Source: Nemertoderma westbladi
Taxonomy: Eukaryota > Animalia > Xenacoelomorpha
Direction of reading: 5' to 3'
NCBI GenBank assembly: GCA_032718475.1
Contig: JAUCBJ010002535.1
Coordinates: forward strand, 1 to 35,439
DNA length: 35,439 nucleotides
The notes under the pieces were generated by a model, which was not told where the DNA came from, ran no database searches, and saw only the letters and a list, made by a program, of their open reading frames with translations. This document shows positions 10,946 to 22,230 of this stretch, in pieces (within the stretch, counting starts at the first letter, position 1; every line of letters begins with the position of its first letter). Made by a program: the position numbers and the translations under genes.

Positions 10946-13515
10946 GTTGCTACAGTCCAACCAATGCCTCAGAGCCAGAACAAGCAGTCAACTTTTATGA
11001 AGATCTGACTGGATTTATAAAGGACATTCCGAAACACAATGTTAAAGTCATTGCAGGCGACCTGAATGCGCAAATTGGCCCAGAAGACATCAAGGGTTAC
11101 ACCTATAACACCAGTTCTAACAGAAATGGGTACTTACTTTTAGACCTAATAGAAGAATGTGAATTGATACCAACAAACAACACATTCGAAAAGAGTAAGG
11201 GGAAGCTATAGACCTTTCAATACCCTATTGGAACCAAAGCACAACTGGATTACATCCTTATAAACAAAAAGTGGAGAAACAGCATGATCAACTGCGAAGC
11301 ATACAGCTCGTTCAACCTAATTGGTTCGGACCACAGAATTGTGACTGCAGAGATCAGACTCAGTTTGAGAGTCAGCCAACCCAGGACAAGCAAGCAAATC
11401 ACCTATGACTGGGAGAAACTCAGAACTGACAATGCTGTAAAGGATGCTTGCACAGTAAAAGTTCAAAACCGCTTTGAAGCACTTCATTCAATGGATGAAG
11501 ACCAGTCCACCGATTCAATGTACCAGAATATAATAACAGCCCACAAGGAATCAGCTAAGAGTCATATCCCCCTGAAACCCAAACGAAAACAGTATGTGTC
11601 ATGGAAAAACTCTGAGGTTACTTGTAAGAGAGAAGGTCTTAAGATAGCCTATAAAGTTAAAACCGAACAACCAACAACCGAAAACATTAACAAGGTTGAG
11701 AAAGCTAAGGACGATCATAAATTGTCGTACAACATCAGCCATGAAAATTACATACAGGATAAAATTGAAGCAATTACAACTGCTCACATACAGCAACAAT
11801 CAAGACGTACCTGGCAAACTGCAAATGGGGTATCTGGTCGGAAAAGTTGTGCAAATGGGCGCCTCAAAACCGATAGCCCTGAAGAACGTGTTGGGAAGTG
11901 GAAAAATCACTTCAGCAACTTGCTTGGGCAGCCAGCCACCAAACATCGAGGTCAGACCTACAAGGAAAATATATGACAAGACACTACCTATAGAAACAGG
12001 GGACTTCACACCTGCCGAACTCCAAAGAAGCATTAAAAGCATGTCCAATAATAAAGCGAGTGGATTAGATGAAATCCCCCGCGGAGGTATGGAAAACCGG
12101 AGTGTTAAACAGACCATTATTGAATGTTTGCAACTGGAGGTTAAAAGGGGAAAAGCCACTTTGGACCAATTTGGACTAAAGATCAACTAAAGACTCTCCC
12201 CAAGAAAGGAGACCTCGGCATACCAACAAACTATCGTGGGATCTGTCTGCTTGTGGTAGCTGCCAAAATATACAATAAAATGATTCTATATAGGATTAGG
12301 CCTCACATAGAGAAAACTACTGCGTAAGAGCCAAAACGGATTTCGACCAAATAGATCAACAATAGCTCAGATACTTGCACTACGGAGACTGATTGAAGGA
12401 ATTAAGTCAAAGAATCTCCCCGCAGTCGTGACTTTTGTGGACATCAAGAAGGCATTCGACTCCATCCATAGAGGTAAAATTCTTGAAATCCTAAGAGCTT
12501 ATGGAATACCAGAAGTAATTGTTGCTGCATTGTATTGTTATATTGTGACATAGAAGCGCAGGTACTCTCACCAGATGGTGAAACTGAGTTTTTCTCAATC
12601 CTGGCTGGTGCACTGCAAGGTGACACATTAGCACCATTACTATTTGTAATTGTGCTGGATTACGCAATGAGGACGGCCACAACGGGTGAAGATTTGGGAT
12701 TCACACTTCAAGAACGCAGAAGTAGTAGATATCCGGCAACTACAGTCACAGACACCAACTTTGTGGATGACATCATCATCTCTCTAATACGCTAGCAGAT
12801 GCACAGCTTCTACTAAATAAAGTGGAGAGGGCTGCTAAGGAGGTTGTATTGCATATAAATGCTACCAAGACCGAATTCATGACCTTTAATGTTGATGGAA
12901 ACTTGACAACCATTGATTATAATCATCTAAGGAAGGTCGACGACTTCCAGTACCTTGGATCATGGATAGAGAGTAGCAAAAAGGACATAGAAGTTAGGAA
13001 AGCAAAGGCTTGGGTAGCTCTATCAAAAATGGATACCATCTGGAAATCAGATCTTTCCCTGCACCTGAAGACTAAGTTCTTTCCAGCCACAGTGGAAAGT
13101 GTATTTTTATACGGGGGTGAGACCTGGACACTGACTAAATCACTTGATCAACGAATTGATGGTTGCTACACAAGACTACTAAGGGCAGCCCTAAACATCA
13201 GCTGGAGACAACACATGACAAACGCCGAGCTTTATGGTTACAATACTACCTGTATCAACAACACTCCATGAACCCAGATTAAGATTCAGTGGGCACTGCT
13301 GGCGAAGTAAAGACGAGGTCATACCAGATCTACTTTTCTGGCAACCAACTCATGGAAAGCGTAGTCGTGGACGACCAGCCATAACATATATAGAACAACT
13401 TGAAAGGGATACTGAACTTGGGAGAAACGAAATTGCGACAACTATGGAGAATCGGGAAACCTGGAAGAATCTCATTTCCACTGTGCGAGTTCGCTCGACC
13501 TAATAGTAGTAGTAG
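10946..13515 (+). mobile_element. 5'-truncated RTE-type LINE (family B), APE-RT pseudogene, 11-bp TSD
   Basis: CYSPTN, IAGDLNAQIG and GSDHRIV (APE); QGDTLAPLLF and NFVDD (RT); LRFSGHCWR and RGRP at the C-terminus; TAA followed by (TAG)n. TAGTAGTGCAT occurs at 10935-10945 and 13516-13526. Several frameshifts and stops. Confidence 0.92.
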
Positions 13516-14416
13516 TAGTAGTGCATAATATAAATTACATAATAAATAAATCAACATGACCTAGTATTATAAAATAAATTATTCGCCAATAAAGTACCAA
13601 TATAATAAATATACTGTATACAGGGTAGGCCAGTAAAGATATTAAAGTCCAGGTTGTCATAGGCAGTCAAATCCATAATAAAATCGGAAATTATATTTAT
13701 GAGGTGATAATTACTTCTACTAGTTTACCCATCTTACCTACATGTCAGTTAATCAAGCTCAATGAACAGCAAATCAAAAGGTTCCACCGCTTTAAAAAGG
13801 TATACTAGGTGCTTAAAGGGGAAATAGTTTCAGTTCACCTATTATCGCCCTTGCAACTACCCGTAATTCTTCCACCGATACTTTAGGAAGTATTGTAACA
13901 AAGTCTTAGTGTTCGCTGCGCCAAAAGTTTCTAAGTTAAGCGAGAAAGCGACTTATTAGATTATTTGTACAGTCTTTTGTCTTTCTATATAACACTCTTC
14001 TTTCAAAGACCAGTTCTTTTGACGGTATTTTCCCAAAGACCGTATTGTCTGGTGTTTACAGATTTTTATGTTATTTTCAAGGTCTTATTATTATTTTCAG
14101 TCTTAGTGTTTTATTATTAATATTTTCAAATGTTCAAAGAAGTATCTATTTTTGTAAACGATTCTAAAATGATTTTTTTTTTAATTTCTTCTTTTACCCG
14201 GTTTTTATATCTTTTCTTTCCTGGGTGTATATCAAAGAACAGTAGTTACTGCTTATTAACAGTGACCGAAGTTACACCAATTTTTACCGAGACCTATATA
14301 AACTGATGATCGTAACCCCCTTCGCCCCCTAGACCGGCCACCTTTTTAGACTATACAAAAATTAGGCGCCCCTAGTGTATCGGATGAAATGGAAACTACA
14401 TTACACGGATAATGAC

Positions 14417-14665
14417 AGGTCTTTAAATTTCTTGAGTGTTTAGAGTTCATTCACCCCATTATTGTGGACATGTATAGGGCAAAAAGAGTCCCCCAAGAAC
14501 TGAAAACAAATAAGTTGGCCCCAAAAAGGGCAACTTAACAACCAATGGATTCTTTCGTGAAGTCGCATTTATCTCGATTGCTACAAAGCCATACAATAGA
14601 ATTATATTAAAACGCATCAGGGATCCTGTTGAGAGACTGCTACGTGGGAACCAGAACGTATTCCA
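14417..14665 (+). mobile_element. Degenerate family A LINE RT fragment
   Basis: Colinear with the reverse complement of ~24515-24770 (GAAAACAAATAAGTTGG; CGCATCAGGGATCC..GAGAGACTGCT). Confidence 0.75.
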
Positions 14666-15197
14666 TATAAAACATAGTAAATTTTCTGGCTTTAAACCTG
14701 TAACGCACGATATCCTCGCGATAATCTGCTCTTCAACGATGCCATTTACACATTAAAACGGGAAATTTGACTTCACCAAAGAGCAGTCTACATTACACCC
14801 TTGCCTGGATTATCGTGTCATATGCACCAGACTCACAGCAGCAGTTAGGTATTCTTCAACCTTATTAGCAAGTAGTGATTTGTAAGTATTGTTAGAAAAT
14901 AAAACTGGCCATGCAAGGATTTCAAATATTTAAAAACTTTCGAATTTAATTGGAAAATTCCAATTAAAAAAAATTGTGTACAGTACATTATATTCCAATT
15001 ATTATAACATATGCTAGCTATACCATGAGTTAGATTTTCTCTGCTATAAATTACATGTTAAATATTAGGTAATTTTTAGCTGATTATACTCTAGGCTACT
15101 TACTAAGAAGCGATAATTGATTACGTTTTTAAATGTCTGAAATTCCTATGATATCTCCACAGTCTACATTTAATAGTGTAGGCCGAAAAGTTCCAAC

Positions 15198-15393
15198 TTA
15201 TTCTCCAAGAACCACTGTACGAATAATAATCTCAGTAACGGAATACGGGTCGCAGTTGGAGGATGGTCTCCTATCCTCCAAGTATCCACATTTATCGGCA
15301 GCGACCTGTCTCGGAACCCGAATACTCGCCCCCCTATTAGCCACACCCCAAGAGAAGTCGTCTATGTGAGCTGTTTCGTGTTTGCCGGTTAAC
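15198..15393 (-). CDS. GLUL: Glutamine synthetase (GSII) exon 5
   Basis: CATAG| acceptor; LTGKHETA...[13 protein letters not shown]...[15 protein letters not shown]...GE*; 196 nt. Confidence 0.95.
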
Positions 15394-15708
15394 CTATGGA
15401 TTTTAAATGATGAATTATTACATAGTGGCCGCGGGCAAAAATCTTGCGAAATTCAACACTGGTAGATGGAGAAGGGGGGGGGGGGGGGGGGGGGACGGGT
15501 GGGGGGTTAATTATTAATTAAGGGAAATAAATATTTTTGGCTGTAGTTACTTATTTTTTACATATACCGGTTTCTTTTACATACGTTGTAGTACTGTAGG
15601 TCTATATAGTAGGACAGATCCTATTTGCTTGTGATTTTGTTTTTCGTTGTTTTTTTTTGCTCAGTAATCCACCTAAAATGATCACAAAATCTTTAAAGAG
15701 CGTCAAAC

Positions 15709-15871
15709 CTTCGTTTATTGTCCGCCCCTTGGTTTGGATCGTAGGCAGCTATATGTTCTTTATGTCTTAGGGATAATCTATTACAAGCTTTCTCTATCTC
15801 AACTAAGCCATTAGGTTCACGCATTTCTAGAGTAGAGAAGTTTGTATGAGCTCCGGCGCCATTCCAGTCCC
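15709..15871 (-). CDS. GLUL: Glutamine synthetase exon 4
   Basis: TTTTAG| acceptor; [14 protein letters not shown]...[12 protein letters not shown]; AG|GTTTGA donor; 163 nt, phases 1 and 2 fit. Confidence 0.95.
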
Positions 15872-16118
15872 CTAAAATATTTAATTAGAATTTTAAAGAT
15901 TAGTAGAAAGGTTATAATTAGTTATAGTTATAATTAATTACTTGATTTTTAGGTTTACAATCTTATCAAGATTAGTTATATTTATTTTTTAAAAAAGCTC
16001 AAAAGTTGTTGCTTATATTATAAAATAGCTTGATATACTGTAGAACGGTCTTTGGCTGTGGCAGCGTCACAGAGAAAGTTATCAAGGTAGACAGCCCATA
16101 ACTTTCTTTCTCTCAAAA

Positions 16119-16227
16119 GACACTGTCCTTGAAGATGCGGCTAATATCGCAAGAGTCCTGAGGGATAGGGAGTTGTGCAGCACAACTCTGTCGACAAGCC
16201 GGCATAGCATTCTTAATGCATGCTGCC
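16119..16227 (+). mobile_element. Short family A LINE 3'-end remnant in GS intron 3
   Basis: GACACTG..CTTGAAGATGCGG...GTCGACAAGCCGGCATAGCATTCTTAA matches ~682-780. Confidence 0.75.
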
Positions 16228-16422
16228 GCATAGAAAACCAATTGCATGGTGGTGGCTCCAATTATTTTGTTAAACCAGCCTACTGTAGCATCTCAATGTG
16301 CAGCTGTACCTGTAATGCAACAGACCAATTATAGATATATACTGTGCAGTAGTATGTCATGTTATCGGTTGTTCTCTTAAAAATATTACTGTGTAAGTAA
16401 CGATAATTAACAAAATCCTCAC

Positions 16423-16681
16423 CAGGAATAGGTTTTGGATCAAAGCTGACAACAACACCAAAGTCCTCAGCAACCCGATGCAATAGGAACCTCGCCATCC
16501 ACAGCTGATCACCGATATCGACTCCTACACAAGGGCCGACTTGGAACTCCCACTGACTTGGCATGACTTCCGCGTTGGTTCCAGCTATTGTTATACCGGC
16601 GTAAATACAGGCTTTATAATGGGCTTCAACTATTTCACGTCCGTAGACTTTATCGCAACCAACACCGCAATAATAGGGACC
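16423..16681 (-). CDS. GLUL: Glutamine synthetase exon 3
   Basis: TTTCCAG|GGT CCC TAT TAT TGC; [17 protein letters not shown]; SFDPKPIPG|GTGAG; 259 nt. Confidence 0.95.
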
Positions 16682-16961
16682 CTGGAAATAAATACAACAA
16701 AATACATGAGATCCTCTTACAAAAGGTCAATGTGTTGATGTAAATAAAAAATATATCAGGGGGTTTCAGATTAGGTTATATTTATTTGTTTGTTGTTTCC
16801 CCGAAGAGAGGATTTCACAGATTAGCACACTTGCCAGTCTCTATTTTTTGAACTTACAACCTACTTTTCCTGCAAAAGGAACTTGTCTTTTCAAATATAC
16901 TTGTAATCATACCCAAAAATACAGTACATGTATAACGATATTCATTACTGCCATTGATACA

Positions 16962-18452
16962 ACTACTACAGTATTGTAGGTTGAGCGAGCTCGGGCTGTG
17001 GAAATGAGATCCGTCCAGGCTTCCCGATTCTCCATAGTTGTCACAATTTGGTTTCTCCTAAGTTCAGTATCCCTTTGAAGCTGGTCTATTTATTTTATAG
17101 CCGGTCGTCCACGACTACGCTTTCCATGAGTTGGTTGCCAGGAAAGTAGATCTGGTATGACCTCATGTTTAATTCTCCAGAAGAGCCCGCGGAATATTAA
17201 TCTGCGTTCACGGAGGGTGGTTGATACAGGAGGTATTGTACCATAAAGCTCGGCATTTGTCATTGTGTTGTCTCCAGCTGATGTTTAAGACTGCCCTTGT
17301 GTAATAATGCATTTTATAGGAAGGTATCTAGGAGGGGTTTTGTGCCCTTGTGTAATAACCATCAATTCGCAGTAAAGTGATTTCGTCAGTGTCCAAGTGT
17401 CACCAACGTATAAATGTAGAGGACTATACTGCACTGTCAAGTTTCCATTAACATTAAAAGCCATGAAGTCGGTATTGGTAGCATTATGCAATTCAACCTC
17501 CTTAGCAGCCCTCTATACTTTATTTAGTAGAAGCTGTGCATCTGTTAGCGTATTTTAAAGCAGGGCAATGTTATCTGGATAGTTATAAAACCCGAAAATA
17601 ACGAAAAAGACGAATTTATCAGCGAAAATATCAAAATTATCAAACAATCTACAAAACCTCGCTTTCTAATAAGATCGATATTATTAGAAGACACACTTTA
17701 CATTTTTTAATTAATTAAATCCAATAATTTCGCCCCATTTTCGACCTTAAAAGTAATTTAATACCAAATACTGTCTGTTGGTTGGTTGTTGTGTGTTGAC
17801 CAATAATGGCGGCTTGGATGAACCAACTCAGCATCAGCAGATCAGTACTGCGGGCCTACTTGTGTGTTACTGTACAAGCATGGTACGGTACAGCCTGAAG
17901 CGGCAAAGTTGAAAGAAGTGGTCCGGTACCCTACAGTAACCCAAAACTGCAACAATGTAATTCTCATATAATTTTTTGCATTACGGCATACGGTACCTTA
18001 ACGCTACCTAGCCTTGGTGTGCACTGTACAGTGACTGTCAGGCAAGTGGTGCGGCGGATGTGAACATGTGAACGGCAGAATTGCAGTCCAGCAGTCGTAA
18101 TGCAATAACTGCAGTAGGCCCACATTTTGACTACAGTCCTAATTTGAGCGCCATCTTGTGGTGTTTTGCAATCATTGGATCACCCCTAACAACCAATCAA
18201 CAGAGCCAGTATTTTGGTATTAAATTACTTTTAGGGTCGAAAATGGGGCGAAAGTATCGGATTTTCTTAATTAAATAATGTAAAGTGTGCCTTCTAATAA
18301 TACCTATCTCACTGGAAAGCGAGATTTTATCTATAGTTTTATAATTTCGATATTTTCGTTAATAATTTCGTCTTTTTCGTTTTATTCGGGTATTATAACT
18401 ATCCATGTCATCTAAGTATTTGTGACTGTAGTTTCTGGATATCTGTTACTTC
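16962..18452 (-). mobile_element. Degenerate family B LINE 3' fragment in GS intron 2, interrupted by a MITE
   Basis: Reverse-complement match to ~12715-13510 with internal deletions; the match resumes after 18413. Confidence 0.85.
17577..18404. mobile_element. Mutator/Foldback-like non-autonomous element (828 bp, ~230-bp imperfect TIRs, 9-bp TSD)
   Basis: GGATAGTTATAA...TTATAACTATCC termini; long inverted arms (CGCCCCATTTTCGACC / GGTCGAAAATGGGGCG); flanks ATGTTATCT (17568-76) and ATGTCATCT (18405-13). Confidence 0.85.
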
Positions 18453-18691
18453 AACATAACGGGCATTTCCCAATAACATTCAGTATTAATTTACCCATAG
18501 AACTAGTGTACTGTACTTTGCTGAAGCACATCGTTAGGCCGGAAATACCCTCAATATACTTTTTAACGTAATCTATAGGCCTAATCAAAGTGCCTTAATA
18601 TTCCTTCTTAGCATCTTATTAGTGCCTTATACTGTAGTCATTTATTTACTTTATACGATACTATAAACTGATATAATACTTAAATAGTTAG

Positions 18692-20224
18692 ACTATACTT
18701 TACCTGAGGACCAGGGAATCCTTATCTAGGCCAACCATATGGGTGCCCATCTCTAACACTATACTTTACCTGAGGACCAGGGAATCCTTGTCTAGGCCAA
18801 CCATATGGGTGCCCATCTCTATCTAACACTATACTTTACCTGAGGACCAGGGAATCCTTATCTAGGCCAACCATATGGGTGCCCATCTCTATCTAACACT
18901 ATACTTTACCTGAGGAAAAGGGAATCCTTGTCTAGGCCAACCATATGGGCGCCCATCTCTATCTAACACTATACTTTACCTGAGGAAAAGGGAATCCTTG
19001 TCTAGGCCAACCATATGGGCGCCCATCTCTATCTAACACTATACTTTACCTGAGGACCAGGGAATCCTTGTCTAGGCCAACCATATGGGTGCCCATCTCT
19101 ATCTAACACTATACTTTACCTGAGGACCAGGGAATCCTTGTCTAGGCCAACCATATGGGTGCCCATCTCTATCTAACACTATACTTTACCTGAGGACCAG
19201 GGAATCCTTGTCTAGGCCAACCATATGGGTGCCCATCTCTATCTAACACTATACTTTACCTGAGGACCAGGGAATCCTTGTCTAGGCCAACCATATGGGT
19301 GCCCATCTCTATCTAACACTATACTTTACCTGAGGACCAGGGAATCCTTGTCTAGGCCAACCATATGGGTGCCCATCTCTATCTAACACTATACTTTACC
19401 TGAGGACCAGGGAATCCTTGTCTAGGCCAACCATATGGGTGCCCATCTCTATCTAACACTATACTTTACCTGAGGACCAGGGAATCCTTGTCTAGGCCAA
19501 CCATATGGGTGCCCATCTCTATCTAACACTATACTTTACCTGAGGACCAGGGAATCCTTGTCTAGGCCAACCATATGGGTGCCCATCTCTATCTAACACT
19601 ATACTTTACCTGAGGACCAGGGAATCCTTGTCTAGGCCAACCATATGGGTGCCCATCTCTATCTAACACTATACTTTACCTGAGGACCAGGGAATCCTTG
19701 TCTAGGCCAACCATATGGGTGCCCATCTCTATCTAACACTATACTTTACCTGAGGACCAGGGAATCCTTGTCTAGGCCAACCATATGGGTGCCCATCTCT
19801 ATCTAACACTATACTTTACCTGAGGACCAGGGAATCCTTGTCTAGGCCAACCATATGGGCGCCCATCTCTATCTAACACTATACTTTACCTGAGGACCAC
19901 GGAATCCTTGTCTAGGCCAACTATATGGGTGCCCATCTCTATCAAACACTATACTTTACCTGAGGACCAGGGAATCCTTGTCTAGGCCAACCATATGGGC
20001 GCCCATCTCTATCTAACACTATACTTTACCTGAGGACCACGGAATCCTTGTCTAGGCCAACCATATGGGCGCCCATCTCTATTTAACACTATACTTTACC
20101 TGAGGACCAGGGAATCCTTGTCTAGGCCAACCATATGGGTGCCCATCTCTAACACTATACTTTACCTGAGGACCAGGGAATCCTTGTCTAGGCCAACCAT
20201 ATGGGTGCCCATCTCTATCTAACA
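18692..20224 (-). repeat. 70-bp tandem array of the GS exon 2 3' end plus splice donor (21 extra copies plus the genuine exon end)
   Basis: Unit (minus strand): TGTTAGATAGAGATGGGCACCCATATGGTTGGCCTAGACAAGGATTCCCTGGTCCTCAG|GTAAAGTATAG. Last exonic G at 20166, then 20100 to 18840 in steps of 70, then 18770 and 18704. Confidence 0.97.
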
Positions 20225-20298
20225 GAGTATATTCCTGTTCAATGCCAAACCAAGGCTTGTGACTTTTAATTCTTTCCATAATTTCGTTGCAAGTACTC
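20166..20298 (-). CDS. GLUL: Glutamine synthetase exon 2
   Basis: TTTTAG| acceptor; [44 protein letters not shown]|GTAAAG; 133 nt. Confidence 0.95.
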
Positions 20299-20644
20299 CT
20301 AAAATAAAACTTTCATTAAGCTTCGCACAAAACGCTCTGTTCAAAAAATTAATATGGATTTAGAATAGAAATTGTCAAAATATTTATACCAACAAAATCA
20401 GGTGATTCTGCATACCACAAAGCTACAGTGTACAGTAGATGGTTGGATCTGAACGCCAACGCAGTGGGAGTCTGTAATGAAGTTGCAGGCCCTCCAGTTT
20501 AGTCGCAGATTATCATATTAGCTATTCGGAGGTTTTGTGACAAATCTATTGCTGACAGAACCTACGATTACCTAAAGAGTTATCGTTCATCATAATATTT
20601 CACCGTTAGCTCAAAATGAATGGAATGCATTGTAATTGATTTAC

Positions 20645-20991
20645 CTGTTGTTTGTTTTTGCTTTATCCATCTTGTAATCATAAACTTCACACATACAAAG
20701 CTTATTATTACCCCGTCGGAAAGGATCATTGAACAACGCCACGGGTTTAATAAACATGTCGCTGTTCTTTCCTTCCGCCTGTCCCGTCGAAGATCCATCG
20801 TAGTTCCAAATAATTAATTCGTCCGGGGACTTCGGAACGGAATTATAAGTTTTCGTTTTGCACCGCAAACCTTCACCGGTTCCGTCGATCCAAACGTACA
20901 TAACTTGGACTTTTGGATCTTTGGGTTCCAAAGCAAGGTAGTTTTGAAGAACAGCCTTTTTCCCCATGTCATCAATATTTGAATGAGCCAT
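20645..20991 (-). CDS. GLUL: Glutamine synthetase exon 1 (coding)
   Basis: [28 protein letters not shown] and [15 protein letters not shown]; AG|GTAAAT donor. The five exons sum to 1098 nt = 365 aa + stop. Confidence 0.95.
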
Positions 20992-21189
20992 CTTAGGGTT
21001 ATTTCGTTATATAGGAGTCTATCTAATTACTGTAATTAAGAAGCTTAAATAAGTGTAACGTTACCTTAAAACTATAATTACATATGGCATGATCCGTCCT
21101 AAACTACTAAGCTGGCTACCCTAGAAACAAAACCACCCTAACGTGGTCAGCAATAAACTTACCAAATTTAGCGATAATTTTTAACCAAA

Positions 21190-22230
21190 AACCATAGAAT
21201 TATATTAAATCGCATCAGGGATTCCATTGCAAGACTGCTAAATCATGGAATGGGTGCAAATCAGAATGGGTTCCGCAAAGGTCATGGCATTATGGAGCCC
21301 AAATTCTAGCTTTTAGATGGATAATTGAAGAAAAATAAGAAAGACAGGGATTTGGCTGTCATTTTGTTGACTTCTTTAAGGCCTTCGATTCAGTTTTTCG
21401 CTCACGTATGTTCAGCATACTTTAATTATATGGGATTCCTGAAGAAATTATTGCAGCAATCAGATCAGCATACGATGGTTCGACAACATTTGTGTCTACT
21501 GTTGACGGACACACAGATCCATTTGAAGTGTTATGGGCAGTTCTTCAGGGAGACACGCATGCCCCATTCTCATTCATAATTGTAGTTGAATATGTTCTAA
21601 GCATGTCCTTAGATCATCATAATGATGATGGGGTGATGATAACTCCACCTACTTGTTCCAGAAGTCGAGGAAATCCTGCCAAGTACCTAACTGATCTAGA
21701 CTTCGCTGAAATGCTGATGACTTAGGAGTAGGCCCCTATCACAGCCTGCTCTAACTCCATAGGGGTAAGGGAGTTAGATCAGGATGCTTTTCGTGTTGGC
21801 ATTTTTGTTACCTTCTTTGACAGCTAATTTCGACAGTTCTCAGAAAAAGACTGATGGTATAAGCATAAACTCTACGGAAGGTGTGCTTGAGCATGTTAAT
21901 AATTTCTCCAACCTGGAATCATGGTTCCGGAACTCCGTAGAACCTTCAAATACGAAATACGAAAATGGCACGTGTAGCATTGAATGGCCTGTCTAAGATA
22001 CTGGAGCTGCTGATGATACAAAATCTCTCAATGGCACATATATTACACAATGCTACGCCGGGTTCACTGTTTTTCAAGTACGATGCACTGCACACATCTC
22101 CAATCCGAAACTATACAGCATTGGAGGTGTCTCATTGGTCCCGCAAGTTTGAAACGTGAACAGAACCGCCTACGTCCGCTTCGCAGAGCATTGCTTTGGC
22201 AGCCTCTTCTGCTCTTGTGCTTTGGCAGTC
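21190..22230 (+). mobile_element. Degenerate family A LINE RT region upstream of GS
   Basis: STVDGHTDPFEVLWAVLQGDTHAPFSF...KYLTDLDFAE; many frameshifts. Boundaries approximate. Confidence 0.85.

Noticed and set aside
13801-14399. Possible MITE with TA(T/C)ACTAGG ends
   Set aside because: Only ~9 imperfectly matching terminal bases; cannot be supported from one copy.
18704-20165. Array as mutually exclusive or cassette exons using TAG/AG acceptors just after each donor
   Set aside because: In 70-bp units these would give 59-, 53-, 49- or 47-nt exons, none a multiple of 3, and they duplicate rather than replace exon 2 sequence; there is no pyrimidine tract.
18692-20224. CRISPR-like array
   Set aside because: Units are contiguous with no unique spacers, derive from a GS exon, and the context is eukaryotic with no cas genes.
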